Shown here in pieces: positions 19,041 to 26,828 of a stretch of 43,682 nt of DNA; within the stretch, counting starts at the first letter, position 1, and every line of letters starts with the position of its first letter. The position numbers were made by a program, and so were the translations under genes. Source of the DNA: Candidatus Undinarchaeota archaeon. GTDB lineage: Archaea; SpSt-1190; JASMDC01. The notes beneath the pieces are model-generated. The model saw only the letters and a program-made list of their open reading frames with translations, was not told the origin of the DNA and made no database searches. The DNA lies in the NCBI GenBank assembly GCA_964519305.1, contig CAZFHY010000024.1, positions 1 through 43,682 of the forward strand, read 5' to 3'.

Positions 19041-20459
19041 GTGACCGTGGGGCTGCGGCAACGAGTGGAGGCGCTCAATCCCATCCTCCTTCGCGAACTG
19101 GCGGAAGCTACTCGCCATCGCAATTTCTTGTTGTTCGTCACCGGCTTCTCCATTGTCCTCCTCCTGGCAGTGGCCATCTCCTGGCCTGCGCCTGACGAGC
19201 GGTACAGCGGCCGGTACACATGGCGGTCAGGTGAGGTCCTGTTCGCGACCTTCTTCTCGTTCGCTGCGTTCATGCTCGCGCTCCTCGTCCCTTCGTTCTC
19301 CTTCGACGCGATCACAGGGGAGCGGGACCGGGGCACGTTGGACCTTCTGGTCATATCCCCAATATCGTCCCGGGAGATCGTGGAGGGGAAGACGCATGCG
19401 ACGGTCGTGCTCGGTGTGCTCTTCCTGGTGATCACCGCACCGTTCTTGTTCATGGTCTACCTTCTGGGGGGCACACCGCTCTATGTTGTCCTATTCTCTT
19501 ATGGAGGATTGATCCTCATGACACTCCTCCTAGCCAGCCTCGGTACACTGACGTCCGCTCTGGCATCCCGGACATGGCAGAGCGCAGTGGCCACCTTCAT
19601 CATTGTCTTCGGTATACTCTTCCTTACCGCGGCGGTCATAGATGGATCACGGGGGCCGAGGGGAGATGATGCGTTCGCAACGTTCTGGCGGCTTATCATC
19701 GGAGAGCCCGATACCTACCCCTTCGGGCTCGTACGCCTCTTCCTCGTAACGATAGCGGTCGCGGCGGTCCGACATTTTGTCGTCGTCGTAGATACTCCTT
19801 CCGCGGGATCGAGAATGCGCTTGCTCGTACCCCTCCTGCTATTCTTCCTCATCGTCTATTCCATATTCATCTGGGGGATGTTCACCAACATTAGTGGGGA
19901 AGGTTTTTTCGGCCTCCTCTTCTTCATGTTTTCATTAATGTCCCTTATGGCAGTATTGTGGCGGCTGTTCCTTGATACGAGCGGACAGAGCGATCTGATG
20001 TACGATGTAGGTTTCATCATCCTGTTCGGACTCCTCTTGGTAACGGTGGCCCTTGACATCGACGAGAAACCTTTCCAGTATATTGGCGGCTCAGGTGCAA
20101 TCTCCACTGCCATCGAACTAGTGATCCTCTCCCTACGGGAGATGTGGCTAGTCATCATCTTGCTGAGCACGCTCTTCGGGCTCGCGCTCCTCTGGTTGCC
20201 CGTGCTCGCGTCGATCGCCGTGCTCGGGACTATAGAGCTGCTCGGGTTCACGCCGTGGCTTACCAAGGCGCTCGGTACTCCTGGGGATATCGGCGTAGTC
20301 ATTCCCCTCGGTATCGCAGTGGTCGCCTGCTCTCTCGGGCTCTACGACATCATGACAGAGCTCGGCAGCCGTCGGCTGCTCACGTCTGTGAGGCAGGTAC
20401 GACGGGAAGTGCCTGAGGACGCGCCGGTCGTCTCCGCAGCGGAAGGCGAAACGCCTTAA
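19041..20459 (+). CDS. ABC-2-type permease, paralog 1
   Basis: NPILLREL...FDAITGERDRGTLDLLVISPISSREIVEGK; many TM helices. Confidence 0.85.
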   Translation: MTVGLRQRVEALNPILLRELAEATRHRNFLLFVTGFSIVLLLAVAISWPAPDERYSGRYTWRSGEVLFATFFSFAAFMLALLVPSFSFDAITGERDRGTLDLLVISPISSREIVEGKTHATVVLGVLFLVITAPFLFMVYLLGGTPLYVVLFSYGGLILMTLLLASLGTLTSALASRTWQSAVATFIIVFGILFLTAAVIDGSRGPRGDDAFATFWRLIIGEPDTYPFGLVRLFLVTIAVAAVRHFVVVVDTPSAGSRMRLLVPLLLFFLIVYSIFIWGMFTNISGEGFFGLLFFMFSLMSLMAVLWRLFLDTSGQSDLMYDVGFIILFGLLLVTVALDIDEKPFQYIGGSGAISTAIELVILSLREMWLVIILLSTLFGLALLWLPVLASIAVLGTIELLGFTPWLTKALGTPGDIGVVIPLGIAVVACSLGLYDIMTELGSRRLLTSVRQVRREVPEDAPVVSAAEGETP

Positions 20460-20483
20460 AGCTTCATCACGACAGGGCACGCA

Positions 20484-21698
20484 GTGGACCTGCGCGAGAG
20501 CTTGAGGGAGCCGAATCCCATACTTCTCCGGGAACTGGGTGGTGCCGTGCGCCACCAGCGGTTCCTTCTGTATGTGACGGGATTCGCATTCCTGGTCCTG
20601 CTCGTTGTGTACGGTTCGTGGCCGGACCAGCTGGAAGTTGATCCATACTATGGAACGTCCTATGGTAGTTACGCCCCGTGGCAGGTCGCCGAGGAAATGT
20701 TCGCGGCCCTGATGTTCACTACGGTTCTGCTCATGATCATGCTCGTCCCGTCCTTCACCTTCGATGCGATCACCGGCGAACGGGCTACAGGGACCCTCGA
20801 CCAGCTCCTGGTGGCACCCATCTCGTCCTCCGACCTCCGTCATGGGAAAGTGATGGCGGGATTTGCCTTGGGAGCAGCGTTCTTGCTGATCACCATGCCC
20901 TTCCTCGCAGCTCTCTACCTTCTGGGTGGCCTCCCGCTCTACGTGATCGTATCCACCTATGCTTTTCTTGTGATCATGACCTATTTCCTGGCCAGCCTCG
21001 GAGTGCTGATGTCGGCACTTGTGAGCCGGACATGGCAGAGCGCAGTTGCCACGTACGTCGCCCTATTCCTCTTCCTGATACTCTCGAGCTATGTCCTCGC
21101 GACCAGCTCGGTCGGCTGGGACGATGATGACTCGCTCGCGCTCTTCATGAAAGGCGTCCTGGGCGAGATCGACCAGGACAGCTACCGGCCCGCACTGGTA
21201 CGCACGGTGGCGCTCACTGGGCTGGCTATCGCCTTCATGTGGTGCGATTGGACCACTAAGGTGCTGTTCCTGGGAATTGTCATGGTGATTGCCGTGGCAA
21301 TCGACCTTGACTCTACCTCCGTCTTCGATATAACCTATAGTGATGGGGTGGCCGTCGTGTTCGAGGTGGCGATCTTCCTCATACGGGAAGCTTGGCTCGT
21401 GCTGGCCATCGCGGGTATGCTCACCGGTATGGGACGTCATTGGCGTCCGATCATCGTGGTGCTCCTGCTCCTAGGATTAGTGGAATGGGGCGGATGGAGC
21501 GAGGCTGTGTCCCGGGCCTTTGGTGAGGAGGATTTCTATCAGGTCCTACCTTTCATCATTCTCTTTGCCAGCTACGCGTTCGGCACCTGTGCCCAGATGT
21601 CCCTGTGCTCCGATGAGGTCCTGTCCCATCGGGGCGAGGAATTCAAGTTGGGATTCATCACGCTGGGTGGCGAGCACTCTGTCGCAGAGGAGGCCTAG
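20484..21698 (+). CDS. ABC-2-type permease, paralog 2
   Basis: NPILLREL...FDAITGERATGTLDQLLVAPISSSDLRHGK; multi-TM. Confidence 0.85.
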   Translation: MDLRESLREPNPILLRELGGAVRHQRFLLYVTGFAFLVLLVVYGSWPDQLEVDPYYGTSYGSYAPWQVAEEMFAALMFTTVLLMIMLVPSFTFDAITGERATGTLDQLLVAPISSSDLRHGKVMAGFALGAAFLLITMPFLAALYLLGGLPLYVIVSTYAFLVIMTYFLASLGVLMSALVSRTWQSAVATYVALFLFLILSSYVLATSSVGWDDDDSLALFMKGVLGEIDQDSYRPALVRTVALTGLAIAFMWCDWTTKVLFLGIVMVIAVAIDLDSTSVFDITYSDGVAVVFEVAIFLIREAWLVLAIAGMLTGMGRHWRPIIVVLLLLGLVEWGGWSEAVSRAFGEEDFYQVLPFIILFASYAFGTCAQMSLCSDEVLSHRGEEFKLGFITLGGEHSVAEEA

Positions 21699-22801
21699 CC
21701 TTCCTCGTACGCTAACTGACGTGTTACGAGCTGAGCAGAGGCAAGAGCGAACATGAGCTCGCTGACCCCCAGGTAGAGCACGGGGGGAAGTAGGTGTGTG
21801 ATGGTCATCCCCGCATCCCGTGTGATCCCGACGAGCAAGATGGTAAGGGCGAGGAGGGAACGCCATTGGAAGAGGAGCCCATGGACGATGAGGAATAGAT
21901 AGAACATCGATGGTAGCCAGAACACGAGCACGACCGGGAGCGGGAGTGTGCGTGGAGCTGCAGCGCCGACCGGTCTATAGAGGATAAAGGGGTACCGCAG
22001 AATGAGCATGACGGCCACCGCAAGGACGACCATGATGGTCATCTCGAATGTCCTGGTCCTCCCGGACAGGAGAGCGGCCACTACCATGATGCATACGGCC
22101 CCGCCGAGCACGGCCCAGATGTTCTGGATGAGAGGCATCGGGAGCGATGAAGCTCCTGCCGCCTGTGAGAATCCCAAGAGGTTGGACGGGATGCTGAGGG
22201 CGATCGACAGTATCCCGATGCACATGAAGGTCCATACCGCAGCTGTCCATGTACGCCGGGCGAGCGATGAGACGGCGACACCGAGGGTCGCATAGTAGTA
22301 GGTGTACACGACGATCATGACGCCTTCGTTGATAAGGGAGAGCGTCTCCACTCCCCCGAGCAGGTAGGCAGTAGAGAGCACGGGGAGAACAGCTACGAAG
22401 AGATAGAGGCCGATGGTCAGACCGAGATTGACCTTGCCCCTGACGATCTCGTCAGTACCGAGGGGGCTTACGATCAGCTGGTCCAGGGTTCGTGATGTGC
22501 GTTCCCCTGTGATGGCGTTGAACGAGTAGGCGGGGACCACTATGAGGATCATCAGACCTAGAAGCTGCCAGGTACCACTGGCGATATATGAACCGAGCTG
22601 GCCGGAGCTCATCATCTGGAAGCCTGTAAGGTCCGCCCATATCTCAGCCAGGGTGAGGGAGCCGATAAGGATGGCGATGATTACCAGGGGCATGAGCACC
22701 ATGACCAGATGGAACCGAGTGCTCTGGGAGCAGGTGCGCAGCTCACGCATCGTGACAGGATTCACTCCCTCCACCCAGTCATCGACCCCCATTCCATTCA
22801 A
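21695..22801 (-). CDS. ABC-2-type permease, paralog 3
   Basis: NPVTMREL...FNAITGERTSRTLDQLIVSPLGTDEIVRGK; convergent with paralog 2, stops overlap in ctag. Confidence 0.85.
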   Translation of the reverse strand: MNGMGVDDWVEGVNPVTMRELRTCSQSTRFHLVMVLMPLVIIAILIGSLTLAEIWADLTGFQMMSSGQLGSYIASGTWQLLGLMILIVVPAYSFNAITGERTSRTLDQLIVSPLGTDEIVRGKVNLGLTIGLYLFVAVLPVLSTAYLLGGVETLSLINEGVMIVVYTYYYATLGVAVSSLARRTWTAAVWTFMCIGILSIALSIPSNLLGFSQAAGASSLPMPLIQNIWAVLGGAVCIMVVAALLSGRTRTFEMTIMVVLAVAVMLILRYPFILYRPVGAAAPRTLPLPVVLVFWLPSMFYLFLIVHGLLFQWRSLLALTILLVGITRDAGMTITHLLPPVLYLGVSELMFALASAQLVTRQLAYEEG

Positions 22802-22840
22802 TAAGAGAGAGTGAAAACTTATGAAAGCGACGCTCCCGGC

Positions 22841-23479
22841 TCAGAGGATCTGGTGGCTCACACGTCCGCCGGTGGGGATGTCAAGGCTCAGGATGATACG
22901 CGACTCCTTGGCATTGGCCCAGGTCAGGGGCAGCATGAGAGCCCGCACGTCCGACGCCGAGCCGGTGTACGCGATGATGACCGTCTCACGGTTGAGGAGT
23001 TCGGTGACACCGCCGCACTCGCCCGAGGCGGCCAGTTCGTCGAAGGTGCAGCAAGCATCACGGTTGTCATCAGTGTCGATCACGAGGCTCACCTCGGACC
23101 CGGGGATCGAGCCGTCCTGGCCGTCCGGCAGGCTGTAGCCCGCTTCGGCGGCACCGATGTCGCTGAGGGACAACCGCTCAATGCCGGAAAGGCGGAGGAG
23201 CATGCACACCCTGCCTTTCCGTTGGCATAGCTCGGTCCCGTTCGGCATCGTCTTCTCTGTGCAGTTGCTGGCGGTCCCGGCCTCAGCTGACGTACAGTCC
23301 TTGTCACAGCTGAAGGCGGAGATCACCTGGAGCTGGGGGCGCATGAACTCGCGCATGATAATCTGCTCCTGCGGCACCCACTCCTCCCCCGAAAGCAGGT
23401 TAGCGAGCGCGGCAGCGCAGAGGACGATGACGAGAACACCCTTGAGCGTCCCGTGTGATCGTACCTTGTTGTTCTCCAT
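22841..23479 (-). CDS. Single-pass 8-Cys extracellular protein, paralog B of 6516..7283
   Basis: LQVISAFSCDKDCT...CQRKGRVCMLLR...DACCTF...GECG...RETVII...RVSHQIL; its ATG overlaps the aIF5A-like stop (TGATG). Confidence 0.75.
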   Translation of the reverse strand: MENNKVRSHGTLKGVLVIVLCAAALANLLSGEEWVPQEQIIMREFMRPQLQVISAFSCDKDCTSAEAGTASNCTEKTMPNGTELCQRKGRVCMLLRLSGIERLSLSDIGAAEAGYSLPDGQDGSIPGSEVSLVIDTDDNRDACCTFDELAASGECGGVTELLNRETVIIAYTGSASDVRALMLPLTWANAKESRIILSLDIPTGGRVSHQIL

Positions 23480-23871
23480 CACATCGGTTTCTTCTCGAGG
23501 ATTATGTTGCGACCCTCGAGCTGCATGAAGATGATCACATCACCCTCGGCGATGCCCGCGGCCACATCCTCGTTAAGGGCCTCGGCGTCCAGCATCTCGT
23601 AGGAGCGCGAGTCCATGACCTGGAAGTTACCGCCCCCGGACGAGATGAGCTGGCCCTCCTTACGCATGACCTCGATCTTCGTGAGACGGTCCTGGTGAGC
23701 ATAGTTGAACGAACGCTCTCCACCACCCAGAGCGGGCTTGCAGATGAGCTTGCTCTTCGAGTGCGAGTGCGTCCCGCAGACGACGACCTCCTTGCGTAGG
23801 ATGCGCCATATTGTGTCATTGACCTTGATATAGGAGCCTTTCTTGATATCCTTGGCGGTGACCGTTGCCAT
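23479..23871 (-). CDS. Archaeal translation factor aIF5A/eIF5A homolog with an atypical loop (CGTHSHSK)
   Basis: 130 aa; AKDIKKGSYIKVND KOW/SH3-like start; C-terminal OB-fold pattern RKEGQLIS....FQVMDSRSYEMLD...EG; loop aligns by eye to the canonical S-K-[PT]-G-K-H-G-x-A-K. Confidence 0.85.
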   Translation of the reverse strand: MATVTAKDIKKGSYIKVNDTIWRILRKEVVVCGTHSHSKSKLICKPALGGGERSFNYAHQDRLTKIEVMRKEGQLISSGGGNFQVMDSRSYEMLDAEALNEDVAAGIAEGDVIIFMQLEGRNIILEKKPM

Positions 23872-23940
23872 GGTCTTTGGGTGAGGGGGCAACGCTTAAA
23901 TTGTTCGACCCGATACGTTGAATTGGGAGGGCGTTCATCA

Positions 23941-26433
23941 ATGGGGGTTAGGAGACCTAGCAAGAAAAAAGGCACAATTCTGAGCATTGTGATCATCCTG
24001 GCCCTTGCGGTCCTTCTCCCACTCACCCTGGCAGCGACCGATGGCACTGTCGATGTCACGTCGCTAGGAGACATGGATGATCTCTTAGATGGTGCCAAGT
24101 CGAGCTCTGGATCAGAAGAAGATTTCGACGCACTTATTGCTGATCTCGACAAACTTGTCGATAAAGGTACCGATGTCACAGGTGCGGACAAGGCAGCCCT
24201 CGATGACTCGGTGCTAGGAGATATGAAGGAGCTCTTGGATCGGGCCAAGTCGAGCGAAGGGTCCGAGGAGGATTACGACGCACTTCTTGCTGATTTCGAC
24301 AAACTTGTAGCTAAAGGAACCGATGCCACTGGTGTGGACGGTGACGCCGTCAATGACGAACTGATAGGAGAGCTCAAGGGGCTCTTAGACGGTGCCAGGG
24401 AGAGTGATGGGTCGGAGAAAGATTTCGATGCAAGTCTTGATGATATCGATGGACTTGCTGCTAAGGGGACCAAGGCCATTGGTGTGGACGAGGCTGATGT
24501 CGAGGCCACGGTGGAGAGAAAGATCGAGCAGGTGGAAGGGCGGATGTCACAGGTCGCCGATCCGCGACTGCAGGAAGAGATCGAGGCGCTCTTAGAGCGT
24601 GCTCGGAAGAGTCATGGATCAGGGGATAATCTCAACGCACTCCTTGAAATCGAGGACGCTATCACTCTGCAGGATGCGGCAATATGGGGGACGGGGACGG
24701 AACGGCCGTCCACGAACCCACTGGAGCGATGGATGGGAGGGCTGAACGAGCTCGACCGGATCTACTTCCTCGGTGTTGCTATCGCTCTATTCCTGACAGT
24801 GGCCGCCTTCGTGTTCGCACATGGCCCCGGCGAGGAAGTGGTGGCCGCACCGGTCCGCTATGTGTTCAGGATCAAGCGGTTGGGGATCATTTCCCTCGGG
24901 ATCGTGTGCGCAGTGGTCCTGGGTGTCATTGGGATACTGCCCGCGGTCGTGTACGGTCTCATCGGTGGGATCCTTGGTACCGCCTTTAACGCACCGGCGG
25001 TCGTGGCCGACCTCGGTGTTACAGGGATCGTAGCGTTCCCTCTGGGATTCGCCATCATGGGTCTAATTGGCGGTGTGCTCGGTGCCGTTCTGTTCGACAT
25101 CGTTGCGTTCGTGACGGGTGGTATCGGCCTTGAGCTCGAGTCGGGGAGGCTCAAACGTGTTGGTTTGATCTCGTTCGGGAAGCTGTACGGGGGGATCCTG
25201 TGTCTCCTCGGTATACTCGGGGCCGGTGCGAGCATCGCACCGGGTCCTGTCCGGATGATGCTCCCTCTCATGGCCCGACAGATGCCCTTCACGCTCGTGG
25301 CGCTCCCTGTCGGCGGTGTTGTCGTGGGTTTCCTTTGTGGGATCATCGAGGCCTTTGCGTACAACCTGCTCGCTAAATTGAACGGCGGTATCGCACTGGA
25401 GCTCAAGGGTGGTGCACTGCGACATGTCGGAGTGTTCTCCTCGGGTTCGTTCTGCGCGATCCCGCTTCTCCTCGTAGGTATAGTACCCGCTGCCCTGTAC
25501 GGCCCGGTCGGGACCATAATCGGTCCGCTCGTCGACTTCGGTGAAGCCAGCGGTAGCATGGGATTATCGGCCATTGCCATCTTCCCTTTCGGTTTCGCTG
25601 TAGGAGGGTTCCTCATCGGTGGACTCGGTGCGCTCCTGTGCAACCTTGCGTTCCGTTTCAGTGGAGGGCTCGCGCTCGGGCTGGACGCTCCTTCTGGAGC
25701 CACTCCAGTCCCGGCCAGCAAACCTGTCCAGAAGCAGCCTCACGAGTTGAAGTCCTCGAAGCGGGCGATGCCACCGAAGGGCTCGAAAGCAACGGGACGA
25801 TCACGCCCACATCCCCGGGGGGGGGTCGGGCTCATGGCCAAGAGCAGGCGGACAGGGAACATGCCTGTCCCCGCGGTGAACGATCCCGCCTCTTTCTCTG
25901 GAAGTGTGCTCATGGTAGTAAGACCGCAGGAGCCGCTCTCCCCTAACGAGGTCAAGTCGATCGCGTTCAACGTCGAGAGCGGTATGGGCCTCCTTCTTGT
26001 GGGGGACGGAGGCGAGGATAACTCGAACCTCAACGGTCTTGCTCGACGGTTCGGGGCCAGCTTCAATAGCGATACGGTCTCGAGCTTTGAAGGATCGGAC
26101 ACCGCGACCTACACACCGCACATGTACGCCCTGCCCCATGTGATCACCGAGGGATTGGAGGGCTTCCAGGTGGACCGTTGCTGCTCGTTACGTCTCGCCG
26201 ACTGGTACGGCCAGGTACTTCTCTTCTCGAGCGAACATAGCTTTTCGGACGTTGACGGTTCGGGCACTCAGGACGAGGACGAGTACGCCGGCACATGCGC
26301 GGTGATGGGGAAGGCCGAGATCGGTAACGGTCGTGTCGTGTTCATCGGTGATGCCGTCATGTTCGAGCGGAACTCGCCCGCTGACGTCAAGCTGCTCGAC
26401 CGTGTCTTCAAATGGTTGAAGCACGAGACATAG
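23941..26433 (+). CDS. Mosaic membrane protein: signal/TM, three 50-aa acidic helical repeats, three DUF3566-like TM hairpin repeats and a C-terminal GldG/IFT52 (GIFT/DUF4350)-like domain
   Basis: Repeats seen directly; IKRLG..S....[FYC][DN]l.....GG[IL].L pattern x3; LMVVRPQEPLSPNEVKSIAFNVESGMGLLLVGD...NLNGLARRFGASFNSDTV...HVITEGL...GRVVFIGDAVMF. Confidence 0.75.
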   Translation: MGVRRPSKKKGTILSIVIILALAVLLPLTLAATDGTVDVTSLGDMDDLLDGAKSSSGSEEDFDALIADLDKLVDKGTDVTGADKAALDDSVLGDMKELLDRAKSSEGSEEDYDALLADFDKLVAKGTDATGVDGDAVNDELIGELKGLLDGARESDGSEKDFDASLDDIDGLAAKGTKAIGVDEADVEATVERKIEQVEGRMSQVADPRLQEEIEALLERARKSHGSGDNLNALLEIEDAITLQDAAIWGTGTERPSTNPLERWMGGLNELDRIYFLGVAIALFLTVAAFVFAHGPGEEVVAAPVRYVFRIKRLGIISLGIVCAVVLGVIGILPAVVYGLIGGILGTAFNAPAVVADLGVTGIVAFPLGFAIMGLIGGVLGAVLFDIVAFVTGGIGLELESGRLKRVGLISFGKLYGGILCLLGILGAGASIAPGPVRMMLPLMARQMPFTLVALPVGGVVVGFLCGIIEAFAYNLLAKLNGGIALELKGGALRHVGVFSSGSFCAIPLLLVGIVPAALYGPVGTIIGPLVDFGEASGSMGLSAIAIFPFGFAVGGFLIGGLGALLCNLAFRFSGGLALGLDAPSGATPVPASKPVQKQPHELKSSKRAMPPKGSKATGRSRPHPRGGVGLMAKSRRTGNMPVPAVNDPASFSGSVLMVVRPQEPLSPNEVKSIAFNVESGMGLLLVGDGGEDNSNLNGLARRFGASFNSDTVSSFEGSDTATYTPHMYALPHVITEGLEGFQVDRCCSLRLADWYGQVLLFSSEHSFSDVDGSGTQDEDEYAGTCAVMGKAEIGNGRVVFIGDAVMFERNSPADVKLLDRVFKWLKHET
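24064..24500 (+). repeat. 150-bp degenerate coding tandem repeat x3
   Basis: Units start at 24064, 24214 and 24364 (ctaggagac/ctaggagat/ataggagag); shared gccaagtcgagc and gacaaacttgt blocks in units 1 and 2. Confidence 0.9.
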
Positions 26434-26509
26434 TTACCCGGCATGCGATCACGGGACGGTTCGTGAAAGTGTACATATAGGATTGAACACGAAAGAGTGA
26501 AGAGCAGTG

Positions 26510-26770
26510 CTAGTCGGAGCACTGAGCGTTCTTCTTGAGCAGGTTCCGAAGGTCGGTCTCGACTTCGATGAGGGAATCCTCGAGCGTTTCCTCGTTCGTG
26601 CTCGTAGCCAGAGCGTACAGCTCGGGGCTCAGCTGGGGTTTAAGCCCGCAGTCGACCTCGATGATCACTTCTGCGGCCTCGAGGAGGATCTGCTTCAGTT
26701 CGGTCAGCTCCTTGTTCCTGATGAGCTCCCGGTCGATCCACTGCACGACCTCGAGATACGTGATGGCCAT
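26510..26770 (-). CDS. Small acidic helical hypothetical protein
   Basis: 86-aa ORF with its own TATA-like tttatatg ~35 nt upstream. Confidence 0.6.
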   Translation of the reverse strand: MAITYLEVVQWIDRELIRNKELTELKQILLEAAEVIIEVDCGLKPQLSPELYALATSTNEETLEDSLIEVETDLRNLLKKNAQCSD

Positions 26771-26828
26771 TCGTTATCCCTGCTCTGACGAATGTGGGAT
26801 GTCATATAAATGTTGGCCTTGGGCGCGT

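Noticed and set aside
19041-24500. Diversity-generating retroelement TR/VR pairs among the duplicated segments
   Set aside because: Mismatches are not adenine-specific and look like synonymous or protein-level divergence; no reverse transcriptase in the window.
26434-26509. Possible tRNA/ncRNA in convergent intergenic gaps (also 6447..6515)
   Set aside because: No cloverleaf, T-loop consensus or convincing stem structure seen.
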